A DNA stretch of 64,000 nt from Candidatus Multivorans sp. Its GTDB lineage: Bacteria; Acidobacteriota; Thermoanaerobaculia; Multivoradales; Multivoraceae. The stretch lies in contig OZ245033.1 of NCBI GenBank assembly GCA_965224025.1, positions 3,552,001-3,616,000 of the forward strand. The letters are read 5' to 3'. A program made the translations under genes and the position numbers. Below, in pieces: positions 11,730 to 22,955 of the stretch (the stretch's first letter is position 1; each line of letters starts with the position of its first letter). Under the pieces are notes generated by a model, which did not search any database, was not told the DNA's origin, and saw only the letters and a list, made by a program, of their open reading frames with translations.

Positions 11730-13319
11730 ATGAAGGAACTCATCTTCCACCGGTTCTTCGTCCCCGCCCTTAAATACCTGCCCAACCAGGAGTCCATCAT
11801 CGACGGCGCCTACAGCGCGACCTTCGGGGAGCACGCCGACCGCACGATGCGCCTGTTTTCCGCGCTCACCGGCGAACTCGGCATCGGCCGCACCGACCGC
11901 TTCGCGGTCATGGCGCTCAACTGCCACCAGTACGTCGAGCTGTACCACGCCGCCTACCTCGGCGCCGGCGTGATCAACCCGCTCAACCTGCGCCTGGCGG
12001 GCAAGGAACTCGACTACATCGTCCGCGACTCCGGCACCGAGGTCGCCTTCGTCGACAAGACGTTCGCGCCGGCTTTCGCTCAGGCGATGGCGCTTGCGGG
12101 CGACGACTGCACGGTCCGCCGCACCGTCCTGATCGACGGCCCCGACGACAACACGGACGCTCCCTACGACCTCCGCTACGAGGACCTGATCGCCGGCAGC
12201 GATCCGGTCCTGCCCGACGAACCCGAGGAGACCGATCCGGTGGTCCTGATGTACACCGGCGGCACGACCGGCCTGCCAAAGGGCGTTCTCTGCAACCAGC
12301 GCGCCGAGATCCTGAACACGTACCACGCGGTGATGCGCTTCCCCCAACTCTCCGAAGGCACCGCGCTGCTGCAGACGCCGATCTTCCACGCCGCTTCCAT
12401 GGTGGGCGTGATCGCGACCCAGACGTTCGGCGGCAAGATGGTCCTGATGCCCATGTTCGACCCCGGCAGAGCACTCGCGTTGATCGAGAAGTACAAGGTG
12501 ACCACGACGACCATGGTGCCGACCATGATCCACATGTTGATGAGCCACCCCGACTTCGCGCCCGAGAAGCTCTCCTCGGTGCGCAACCTGGCCTACGGCG
12601 CCTCGCCGATGCCGGCGGCCCTGCTCGACCGGCTGCGGACCCTGTTCCCGGAGATGGAGATCGGGCAGGGCTACGGCATGACCGAGAGTTCGTCGCTCCT
12701 GACCGTGCTCGACGCCGAGGACCACAAGGCCGGCGGCGGCCGCCTGCGCTCCGTGGGACGGGCCGTGCCCGGCGTCGTGCTACAGGTCCAGGACGAGGAC
12801 GGCAACGAACTGCCCACCGGCGAGGTCGGCGAAGTCTGCGCCCGGGGCGGCAACTACATGACCGAGTACTGGAACAAGCCCGAGGCCACCGAAGAGGCGT
12901 TCCAGGGCGGCTGGTACCACACCGGCGACGCCGGCTACCTCGACGAAGAGGGCTACCTGTTCCTGGTCGACCGGGTCAAGGACATGATCGTCTCCGGCGG
13001 CGAGAACGTGTACTCGGCCGAGGTCGAGAGCGCGATCTCCACCCATCCGGTGGTCGGCCAGGTCGCCGTGATCGGCACTCCCCACGACGTCTGGGGCGAG
13101 CAGGTCCACGCGATCGTCGTACCGAAGGAAGGCGTCGAAGTCGACGAGAGTACGGGCGCCTCGATCATCAGCCACGCCCGCGAGTCGATCGCCGGCTACA
13201 AGGCGCCGAAGTCCGTCGAGTTCCGGGCCGAGCCGCTACCGCTCTCGGGCGCGATGAAGGTGTTGAAGCGCGAGTTGCGCGCCCCCTACTGGGAAGGCAA
13301 GGAGCGCGGCATCAACTGA
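11730..13319 (+). CDS. Long-chain acyl-CoA synthetase (AMP-binding)
   Basis: YTGGTTGLPKG, YGMTE, TGD, DRVKDMIVSGGENV. Confidence 0.93.
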   Translation: MKELIFHRFFVPALKYLPNQESIIDGAYSATFGEHADRTMRLFSALTGELGIGRTDRFAVMALNCHQYVELYHAAYLGAGVINPLNLRLAGKELDYIVRDSGTEVAFVDKTFAPAFAQAMALAGDDCTVRRTVLIDGPDDNTDAPYDLRYEDLIAGSDPVLPDEPEETDPVVLMYTGGTTGLPKGVLCNQRAEILNTYHAVMRFPQLSEGTALLQTPIFHAASMVGVIATQTFGGKMVLMPMFDPGRALALIEKYKVTTTTMVPTMIHMLMSHPDFAPEKLSSVRNLAYGASPMPAALLDRLRTLFPEMEIGQGYGMTESSSLLTVLDAEDHKAGGGRLRSVGRAVPGVVLQVQDEDGNELPTGEVGEVCARGGNYMTEYWNKPEATEEAFQGGWYHTGDAGYLDEEGYLFLVDRVKDMIVSGGENVYSAEVESAISTHPVVGQVAVIGTPHDVWGEQVHAIVVPKEGVEVDESTGASIISHARESIAGYKAPKSVEFRAEPLPLSGAMKVLKRELRAPYWEGKERGIN

Positions 13320-13347
13320 GTCGAGGCATCAACTGGGTGCACCGCCC

Positions 13348-14823
<1,476 letters not shown>

Positions 14824-14893
14824 GAATCGCAAGATCCTCCTGATCGGCCCGGCCATTTCCGTGCCGTTCCTGGTCCGGGTGTACGCGATTGTG

Positions 14894-16921
14894 TCACTTC
14901 GGTTCGGACTTCCCCGCTGCCGCCACGATCCGCAGCACCGCGGCGCCGTAGCGCTTGACCGTGGCCGGCCCAATGCCGGGGATCGCCAGCAACTGATCAC
15001 GGTTCGCGGGCCTGACGGCCGCGACCGCGACCAGTGCGCGGTTCTGGAGCACCGTGTACGCCGGCCAGCGCTTCTTCCGGGCCTCCTCCAGCCGCCAGTC
15101 GCGCAGGGCCTCGACCAGGGCCGGGTCGGCGTCGGCGTCCGCGATCTCCACCGCCATGGCGGCCTTGTGCTTCCGGCGCGCCTTCGGCTCATCCGGCGGT
15201 TCGTCCGGCAGCAACACCTGCCCCGTCAGGTCGATACCGCGGCGACGGCCGCCCGGCGTCAGGCCGGCCCGCTGATACCGGATCGTCTCGCCGTCCTTCT
15301 GGAACGAGTCGTCCTCCACGAACACCACGCGCGCCTGGCCCAGCGCGCCGAGAAGGTCCTCGAACTCGCCGCGGTCGTACGAGCCATGGACCGACCGGAA
15401 CTCCTGGAACAGCCGGCCGGTCCCCTGCCCCTCGCGGCGCCGCAGCAGCGACACCACGGTTTCCATCGCCTGGACCTCTTCGGGCAAGGGCGACCGGAAC
15501 CGGCGCACGAGGCAGTCGTCCGGACGGCAGACATCGCACACGCCGCAGAGCGCGCCGCTGTCCGCGCGGTCGCCGAAGTGCCGTACCAGGCGCAGCATTC
15601 GGCAGCCCCGGTGGTCGGCGAAGCGGGTCATCTCGTCGATCTGGTCCAGGCGGTGCTGGCGTTGGACGCGGTAGGTCCGCAGCCACGAGTCCCCGCCCCG
15701 GCGCACGCGGTAGCCACCGCCAATGGCCGCGCCGCCATGGATTCGGAGTTGATCGAGAGCGGCTTCGAACACTTCCTCGTCGAAACGGAGCCGGCGCTGC
15801 AGATCGGCCTGGTCACGGGGCTCGTCGGAGAGCGTGTCGTAAAGCTCCTTGAGATAGCCGATCTCCGGATAGGAGAGCTTGTGCAGGAACTCCTGGGTGC
15901 GACGATCGGCCCAGGAGTACAGGAGCAGCGCCCGGGCCGGCTCGCCGTCGCGGCCCGCGCGGCCGATCTCCTGGTAGTAGCCCTCCACCGTCGCCGGCAT
16001 CGCGGTGTGGATCACGGTGCGGATGTTCGGCTTGTCGATCCCCATGCCGAAGGCGGTGGTGGCGACCACCACTTCGATCTCGCCGTCGAGAAACGCGGCC
16101 TGCGCTTCGTCCCGCTCCGCGGTCGGCAGCCCGGCGTGGTACGGCGCGGTCGGGAAGTTGTCGGCCAGCCGGCCTGCGAGAGCCTCCGTCTCCTTGCGTG
16201 TCGGCGCGTAGACAATGGCGGGGCGCCGCTCACTCTCTCCCAACACCTCGGCAACCACCGCCGCCCGGGCCCCGGGCCGCTTCGGCACCACCTCCACTGC
16301 AAGGTTGTCGCGCCGGAAGCCGTAGATGTAGCGCTCGTCCCCCTGCAGATCGAGCTGTGCCGCGATGTCGTCCTGGATGCGCGGCGTCGCGGTCGCGGTC
16401 AGGGCGAGCACCGGCGCGGGGCGCAGGCGCGGCAGACGCTGGCCCAGGAGCCGGTAGTCGGGACGGAAGTCATGCCCCCACTGGGAGATGCAATGCGCTT
16501 CGTCGACCGCGATCAGGGCCGGCCGGCAGCGCTCCAGGAACTCGATGAAACCGGGCACCCCGAGGCGCTCCGGCGCGATGAACAGGAAGTCGAGCTCGCC
16601 GTCGCGATACAGCCGGCAGGCCTCGCGCGACTCGTGGCGCGGCCGTCCCGAGTGGATGCGCTCGGCGCGCAGACCGATCTGGCGCATCTTGGCCGTCTGA
16701 TCTTCCATCAGGGCGATCAGCGGCGAAAAAACCAGGGTGGGGCCACCGCGCAGCAGGCCCGGAAGCTGGTAGCACAGCGACTTGCCGGCGCCGGTCGGCA
16801 TGACCACCAGACCGTCGGCCCCGTCCGCGGTGCGCCGGCACACTTCTTCCTGGTGAGGCCGGAAGCCCGAGTGGCCGAAGACGCTCCCCAGCCGTCCTTT
16901 CAAATCAAGAGCCGTTGCCAC
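14894..16921 (-). CDS. recQ: RecQ family ATP-dependent DNA helicase with HRDC domain
   Basis: MPTGAGKSLCYQ, DEAHCISQWGHDFRP, QEIGRAGRDG, Zn-binding cysteines, C-terminal HRDC. Confidence 0.95.
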   Translation of the reverse strand: MATALDLKGRLGSVFGHSGFRPHQEEVCRRTADGADGLVVMPTGAGKSLCYQLPGLLRGGPTLVFSPLIALMEDQTAKMRQIGLRAERIHSGRPRHESREACRLYRDGELDFLFIAPERLGVPGFIEFLERCRPALIAVDEAHCISQWGHDFRPDYRLLGQRLPRLRPAPVLALTATATPRIQDDIAAQLDLQGDERYIYGFRRDNLAVEVVPKRPGARAAVVAEVLGESERRPAIVYAPTRKETEALAGRLADNFPTAPYHAGLPTAERDEAQAAFLDGEIEVVVATTAFGMGIDKPNIRTVIHTAMPATVEGYYQEIGRAGRDGEPARALLLYSWADRRTQEFLHKLSYPEIGYLKELYDTLSDEPRDQADLQRRLRFDEEVFEAALDQLRIHGGAAIGGGYRVRRGGDSWLRTYRVQRQHRLDQIDEMTRFADHRGCRMLRLVRHFGDRADSGALCGVCDVCRPDDCLVRRFRSPLPEEVQAMETVVSLLRRREGQGTGRLFQEFRSVHGSYDRGEFEDLLGALGQARVVFVEDDSFQKDGETIRYQRAGLTPGGRRRGIDLTGQVLLPDEPPDEPKARRKHKAAMAVEIADADADPALVEALRDWRLEEARKKRWPAYTVLQNRALVAVAAVRPANRDQLLAIPGIGPATVKRYGAAVLRIVAAAGKSEPK

Positions 16922-16988
16922 GACGCCGAAAATCCTCCTAGGATATGCCTCCGTCTGACAACGACTCCCCTCCAGGAGGCTTCTGCCA

Positions 16989-17987
16989 ATGGCCCGACCC
17001 TACCGAATCTTCGGCGCCGAACTCTCGCCCTATTCGATCAAGGTGCGCTCGTACTTTCGCTACAAGGGAATCCCCCACGAGTGGCTCCGCCGCAGCCCGG
17101 CCAACCAGGACGAGTTCCGGCGTTACGCCAAGCTGCCCCTGGTGCCCCTCGTCATCACGCCCGACGACCGGGGCATGCAGGACTCGACGCCCATCCTTGA
17201 GGCGATGGAGAACCAGTACCCTGAGCCTTCGATCCACCCGGACGATTCCACCGCGGCGTTCGTCTCGGTGCTGCTCGAAGAGTTCGGCGACGAGTGGGGC
17301 AACAAGTGGATGTTCCATTACCGCTGGGCCCGGCCCGCGGATCAGCAATCCGGCGCCCGCCGCATCGCCCAGGGCATGAACCCGGACGCCGATGAGGCGA
17401 CGCTGAAGGCGATGACCGCCCAGGTCAAGGAACGGATGGTCCCCCGTGTCTGGTTCGTCGGCTCGAACGAACGGACCGCGCCCCAGATCGAGCAGTCGTT
17501 CCTCGACACGATCGACCTGATCGAGGCCCACCTCGACGGCCGCGACTACCTGTTCGGCGGGCGACCCGCCTTCGGCGACTTCGGCGTCGGCTTCCAGATT
17601 CACCAGGCATGGACGGATCCGACACCCGGCGCCTTGCTCGAGGAAAGGGCGCCTCGCACCGTCGCCTGGGTCAAGCGCCTGGTGGACCCGACGGCGAACG
17701 GCGACTTCGAGGATTGGGAGTCGCTCGCGCCGACCCTCATGCCCTTGATCGAGCAACAGGTCGGCGGCATCTTCCTGCCCTGGAGCGTCGCCAATGCGGG
17801 CGCCATCGCCAGCGGGCAGGAAGACTTCTCGGTCGGCCTCGCCAGCGGCGACTGGACCCAGAAGCCGCAGAAGTACCATGCCCGGTCTCTGGCCGCGCTG
17901 CGCCACAAGTACGGGGAACTCTCCGATCGCGGTCCAATCGACGCGGTGCTGGAATCGACCGGCTGTCTGCAGTGGCTAACCGCCTGA
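16989..17987 (+). CDS. Glutathione S-transferase family protein
   Basis: SPYSIKVRSYFRYKGIP, cis-Pro LVP, MQDSTPI, YLFGGRP..GD. Confidence 0.88.
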   Translation: MARPYRIFGAELSPYSIKVRSYFRYKGIPHEWLRRSPANQDEFRRYAKLPLVPLVITPDDRGMQDSTPILEAMENQYPEPSIHPDDSTAAFVSVLLEEFGDEWGNKWMFHYRWARPADQQSGARRIAQGMNPDADEATLKAMTAQVKERMVPRVWFVGSNERTAPQIEQSFLDTIDLIEAHLDGRDYLFGGRPAFGDFGVGFQIHQAWTDPTPGALLEERAPRTVAWVKRLVDPTANGDFEDWESLAPTLMPLIEQQVGGIFLPWSVANAGAIASGQEDFSVGLASGDWTQKPQKYHARSLAALRHKYGELSDRGPIDAVLESTGCLQWLTA

Positions 17988-17991
17988 CCGG

Positions 17992-18759
17992 CTAGCCTTC
18001 GCTGCCCCTTTCGCGCGACCGGCGCCGCCAGAACCTCTCCATCGCCTGTTTCGGTTCGCCGGTCCCATAAGCGGCCCTGAACGCGGCGACGCCCGCTTCC
18101 ACGGCCTGGTCCAGGGGCAGGTTGAGCCAGCGGCCGATCAGCCTCTTCTGCAGCGCCAGGGCGCCTGGACTGAGGCGCAACAACCGCTCGACCTTGGCGT
18201 TCACCGCCGTCTCCAGGTCTTCGGCAGCTACGACCTCGCCCACGAGCCCGATCCGCGCCGCCTCGGCGGCGTCGATCGGATCGCCAAGGAACAGCAACTC
18301 TCTGGCCCGGCCAAGGCCGATGAGGCCCGGCAGCAGGGCCGCCTCGATCACGGACGGCAGTCCCAAGTGCGGCTCCGGCATACCGAAGATCGCGTCGTCG
18401 GCGGCAAGCGAGAGGTCGCAGGAGACGAGGAGTTCCAGACCCGCGCCCAGAGCCGCGCCGTGAACCTCGGCGACGACCGGCGCCGGATGCTCCCGGATGG
18501 CGAGGAACGCCTCGTGCAGACCGCGGATGAAGCGTTCGGCGCCGACGGCGTCGAGACCTTCCATCTCGCGAATGTCGGCCCCGCCGCAGAACACCCCGTC
18601 GCCGGCAAGGACCAGCACCCGTGGGCTGGCGGCCGCGGACTCGCGGACCGTGTCGCGCAACTCCGCGGTCGTGGCGGAGTCGAGCGCATTCGCCCTGAAA
18701 CTCCGCGTCAGAGCGATTCGTGCCACCTCCCCGTCGGCTTCGAGTCGTACGTTCGACAT
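17992..18759 (-). CDS. Enoyl-CoA hydratase/isomerase
   Basis: FCGGADI, VHGAALGAGLEL, FGMPE. Confidence 0.9.
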   Translation of the reverse strand: MSNVRLEADGEVARIALTRSFRANALDSATTAELRDTVRESAAASPRVLVLAGDGVFCGGADIREMEGLDAVGAERFIRGLHEAFLAIREHPAPVVAEVHGAALGAGLELLVSCDLSLAADDAIFGMPEPHLGLPSVIEAALLPGLIGLGRARELLFLGDPIDAAEAARIGLVGEVVAAEDLETAVNAKVERLLRLSPGALALQKRLIGRWLNLPLDQAVEAGVAAFRAAYGTGEPKQAMERFWRRRSRERGSEG

Positions 18760-18869
18760 CGCGCCCGGCATCGTACTGCGCTGACGCTCCTTCCGGCTTC
18801 GAAGCGTCTATCGGCGCGGCCCGGGACCGGCCGCACCCACCGGTTCAGCATTGCTGCTCTGATACAAGA

Positions 18870-20327
18870 ATGACACGGATCATGTCTTTTCGGTCGAGGA
18901 TGAGGAACAGCGCCGCCCAGCGGTCCATCGCCGGCTCGATCGGCGCGATCCTGCTCGGCGCGATGCTGCCCTGCGGGGCGACCGCGGGTTCCGAGAGCAG
19001 CAGCGATCCCAAGACCCGCGCCGACTGGACCGCCGCGGCCCAGGTCATCGAAGCGGTCGAGTCGAGCCGGCGGGAGATACGCCGCGCCGCCTTCGGCGAC
19101 GACGCGGCAACTCGGAACTGGTCGACGCAACCATCCACGGACGCCCGATTCGAGGCTGAGTTCCGGCCGGCCTCGGACGACGCGGCGACCCTGATCTTCG
19201 ACGCCTCGCCCGGGCGCCCGGTCAGGCTCGTGATCGTCCCGGGCGGCGCAGACCTCTCACCGGTAACGAGGACTTTGGATACGACTGCCGGGGACCTGAG
19301 CCCACTGATCGCCGAGATCCGCCAGCTTGCTCTGCTCCGACCACCGGCGTCCCTGGGCCAAATCGTCCGGCTCGGCGACGAGCTGGGTCACAAGCTCCTT
19401 GCTCCGGCCGCCGACCAATTGCGCGGGGCCTCGCGACTGGTGCTGCTGGCCAATGGTCCCCTGGTCGAACTCCCCTTCGGGGCTATCCGGGCGCCCAGGT
19501 CCATCGATCCCCAGGGACGGTTCCTGGTCGAGACCAGGGACCTGTGCTTGTTGACTCCGGGCGGAGTCCGCCTTCAGACAGCAACTGAAGGCGAACGCCG
19601 GCAACAACCGCCGGTGGCCGCCGCCATCGCCGACGCCGTGTACCGACCTCCGGCGCGGCCGCTCGGTGCTTCGATGAGCGATGGCGGCATCTCCTGGCGG
19701 CGGCACGCCGCGCGCCGCAACCAGTCCCACACCCTGGAGGAGCTGGCCCTCGCGAACGTGGCCGCCTTCGGCCCGGAGGCCACTCCGGCAGCGCTGTGGA
19801 AACTTGGCATTCTCCACGACATCGACGTGCTCCACCTCGCCGTCGAGGCGCTCGTGGACGCCGGGGATCCCGCCGCCTCGGCCCTGCTGCTTTCTGCCAG
19901 GCGCTACGACCAGCCGGCACGTCGGGTCGCGGTCGGCGACCTCGCGTTGGATCTCGACCTCGGCCGAGATCCCGTCGTCGTGCTTTCCGGTCTCGACACA
20001 AACGGCGCCGGCCTGGGGCCTAGTCCCTTCGTGGACGCGTTCGACGCCGCCGGCGCCACTTCCGTCGTCAGTTCGCTGTGGCCGGTCGTCGACGAAACGG
20101 CAACCAAGCTGTTCGAGGTCTTCTACCGTCGCCTCGCACTCGGCACACCGCCCTCCACCGCACTCCGCGAAGCCCAGTTGACGCTCCTCGCGGGGCCGCT
20201 CCGATTCGACCAGGGGGAAAATCTTGAACCCGCGGAGTTCGATGCCTCCCACCCCTTCTACTGGGCCGGATACGGAGCGCATCAACGCTCAGCCGGGGCA
20301 TGCAGCCGATCCGCCGCGTTGGATTGA
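18870..20327 (+). CDS. CHAT domain protein, catalytic His/Cys dyad absent
   Basis: GPLVELPFGAI, AGATSVVSSLWPVVD, ALREAQL and HPFYWAGY CHAT signatures; start uncertain. Confidence 0.8.
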   Translation: MTRIMSFRSRMRNSAAQRSIAGSIGAILLGAMLPCGATAGSESSSDPKTRADWTAAAQVIEAVESSRREIRRAAFGDDAATRNWSTQPSTDARFEAEFRPASDDAATLIFDASPGRPVRLVIVPGGADLSPVTRTLDTTAGDLSPLIAEIRQLALLRPPASLGQIVRLGDELGHKLLAPAADQLRGASRLVLLANGPLVELPFGAIRAPRSIDPQGRFLVETRDLCLLTPGGVRLQTATEGERRQQPPVAAAIADAVYRPPARPLGASMSDGGISWRRHAARRNQSHTLEELALANVAAFGPEATPAALWKLGILHDIDVLHLAVEALVDAGDPAASALLLSARRYDQPARRVAVGDLALDLDLGRDPVVVLSGLDTNGAGLGPSPFVDAFDAAGATSVVSSLWPVVDETATKLFEVFYRRLALGTPPSTALREAQLTLLAGPLRFDQGENLEPAEFDASHPFYWAGYGAHQRSAGACSRSAALD

Positions 20328-20444
20328 GCTCGACACCAGAGTTCAACGCCGCACTGGCCGAACAGCGGGTGCTCGACCGGCGGCTCTGGGAATGAACGGT
20401 CCGGCACTTCGCAGCGGCGAACACCGGGGATAGGATCGCGCGCC

Positions 20445-20939
20445 ATGATCGAACGGACGCAACGCAACCAACCGCGCGTGGCCACGGCGCCGTGCGCGCT
20501 GCTCGTAGTGGTCACGGCCCTGTCCTGTGGCGACTCCTCGTCATGGACCCCCGTCTACTACGATCCGGTCATGGCCGACCTCCTGGCGTCGCCGATGGAA
20601 GAACTGATCGAGCATGACGCCAGAATCGAGCTGACGGCTTCACAGGAAGAGATCAAGCGCGCCGCGCTGACTGCGATCCCGGCGCCCTGCTGCAGCGACC
20701 GCACGGCCTACACGTGCTGCTGCACCTGCAACCTGGCGCGGGCCTGGTGGGGGCTTTCGAAGGTCCTGATCACCGAACACGGCCAGAGCGCCGCCGAGGT
20801 CCAGGCGAACGTCGAGCATTGGATTCGAGAGCTGCGCCCCAAGGGCTTCGCCGGGGACTCCTGCTACACCGGACGCTGCTCGACCGCCGCCAGGCACGAC
20901 GGCTGCTCGGGCATGGACCCGAACCGGATCGTGAGTTGA
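20445..20939 (+). CDS. Cysteine-rich hypothetical (lipo)protein
   Basis: Hydrophobic leader ending ALSC; PCC...TCCCTCN and CYTGRC...GC clusters. Confidence 0.7.
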   Translation: MIERTQRNQPRVATAPCALLVVVTALSCGDSSSWTPVYYDPVMADLLASPMEELIEHDARIELTASQEEIKRAALTAIPAPCCSDRTAYTCCCTCNLARAWWGLSKVLITEHGQSAAEVQANVEHWIRELRPKGFAGDSCYTGRCSTAARHDGCSGMDPNRIVS

Positions 20940-21820
20940 CGCGAACGCGCTTTCACGCGCTTCTGGTCCTCTTTCTCTTCGCCCTTCTCTGGCCCGCGTT
21001 CGGGACGGCCCAGGAAAGCAGTCCGGGCTCGGCCGCGGAGGCTGAAACCTCTTCGTCCGCAAACACCGAGCACTCGCACGAGCACCACGCGCGCGAAGTC
21101 GAGACCTTCAGCCACTCGGTCACCGTCACGGGTTCCTGGACACCGTGCACGCCCGAGGACGCGCCGCAGCCGGATTCGGTCCTCTCCCGCGAGGACCTGG
21201 AGGCGGAGGGAACGCCCTCCATGCTGGGCGTGATCCGCAACCTGTCCTTCAGCCTTGGCGCCGATCTCGAATCCGATCAGTTCGGCTCGCGCTCGGGTGA
21301 GGACCGCTCGACCCTCAACCTCCGCGGTCTGGTCCGAGCCGGTCCTTGGTGCTGCTGAACGGCGACCGGCTGACCTGGTCGCCGGGGGCGATTCCGGATC
21401 AGGCCCAACTGATGGTCGACACGAACGTGTCGCCGATGGTCGCCGTCGAGCAAGTTGAATTCCTGCGCGACGGAGGCGCCGCGACCTGTGGCTCGGACGC
21501 GATTGCGGGCGTGATGAACGTGATCACACGCAACCACTTCGACGGTCTCTCCTTCGACGGCAAGCACAGCGTGATCGACGGTTCGAACGGCGACGGCGAG
21601 ATCGGCCTCATCGGCGGCGCCCCGTTCGGCGGCGGCCGGGGCCAAGCCGTGACATCGCTCGGTCTCTCCCGCCGCGGCCCGATCCGGCTCCGCGACCGCG
21701 ACTGGGCGGTCGGGCCCTATGCCGAGAACCCCGTGGCGGCTGGTCGGGAACCGGGCGGCCGGCGTCGATCCAGCTTGGCGTCGACTACTGGCGCCACGCG
21801 TTCGGTTCGAGCTGCAGCGA
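20936..21820 (+). pseudogene. Truncated, frameshifted TonB-dependent receptor (plug domain)
   Basis: Signal peptide, VTVTGS, NLRGL/(G)PSRSLVLLNG, VEFLRDGGAATCGSDAIAGVMNVIT; frameshifts near 21331 and 21730; most of the barrel is absent. Confidence 0.85.
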
Positions 21821-21821
21821 C

Positions 21822-22955
21822 TCAGAAGCCGCGTAATTCGGCGAAGCGCTGGCGGTGGAAGGCGGCGTCACCGAAGGCGAACTCCAGCGCCCGGGCGCGC
21901 TTCATGAAGAGGCCGATGTCGTGCTCGTCGGTCATGCCGATGCCCCCGTGCATCTGCGGGGCCTCGTTGGTGACCAGGATGAGCGCGTCGGAGCACCTCG
22001 CCTTCGAGTTCGAGACCTGGAGCTGCGCATCGTCGCCGGCGTCGTCAAGCGCCCTCGCTGCCGCCATGACCGTCGAGCGGGAGAGCTCGATCTCGATGAA
22101 CATGTTCGCGGCCCTGTGCTTGAGCGCCTGGAAGGTGCCGATCAGCACGCCGAACTGGCTGCGCGACTTGAGATACTCGATCGTGCGCTCGAAGGCCTCC
22201 GTCATCAGGCCGAGCATCTCGCCGCAGAGCGCCACCGTGGCCCGATCGACGGCGCGCCGGAGCGGCGCCGCTCCGCCGTCGATCTCGCCCAGGACATCGC
22301 CGGCCCCAACGCTCACGCCGTCCAGCCGGACGATCGCCGCGTTGCGCGAATCCACCCGCTTCTGAGGCGCCACATGAACGCCCTCGGCGCTCGCCGGGAC
22401 CAGGAACAACGTCAGTCCCTCGTCGTCGCCGACTCTCGCCGGGACCACAAGACCGGCCGCGCCGACGCCGCCGACAACCTTGATCTTCTCGCCAAAGAGG
22501 GACCAGCCCCCGCCATTCGCCCGCGCCAGCGTGTCGACCCGGTCCAGACGGTAGCGGCCACCCGCCTCCAGCAGGGCCGGCGCCAGTCGCTTCCAGCCAT
22601 CGATCAGTGGACGCAGCCATTCCGCCTGCTGCCCGGCGCTTCCAGCATCGGCCACCAAGCCACCGGCCAGGACGACAGCCGACACATAGGGCTCCGGGGC
22701 AAGGCCGCGGCCCATCGCCTCCGTGATCAGCACCGTCTCGGCCATGCCCATACCCAGGCCTCCGTGGTCCTCGGCGAAGGGAATGCCGAGCCAGCCGAGG
22801 TCAGCCATCTCGGCCCACACTTCGGGGCTGTAGGCGAGTTCATCGCCGTCGTCGCGGAGCTTCCGTTGGCGGTCCACGCCGCCGTGCTTCGAAATGAGCT
22901 CGGCCGCGGTGCGGGCGAGCATGTCCTGGGGAGCGGTGAGAACGAGCGTAGCCAC
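21822..22955 (-). CDS. Acyl-CoA dehydrogenase (short partner subunit type)
   Basis: RSQFGVLIGTFQALKHR, QMHGGIGMT. Confidence 0.92.
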   Translation of the reverse strand: MATLVLTAPQDMLARTAAELISKHGGVDRQRKLRDDGDELAYSPEVWAEMADLGWLGIPFAEDHGGLGMGMAETVLITEAMGRGLAPEPYVSAVVLAGGLVADAGSAGQQAEWLRPLIDGWKRLAPALLEAGGRYRLDRVDTLARANGGGWSLFGEKIKVVGGVGAAGLVVPARVGDDEGLTLFLVPASAEGVHVAPQKRVDSRNAAIVRLDGVSVGAGDVLGEIDGGAAPLRRAVDRATVALCGEMLGLMTEAFERTIEYLKSRSQFGVLIGTFQALKHRAANMFIEIELSRSTVMAAARALDDAGDDAQLQVSNSKARCSDALILVTNEAPQMHGGIGMTDEHDIGLFMKRARALEFAFGDAAFHRQRFAELRGF

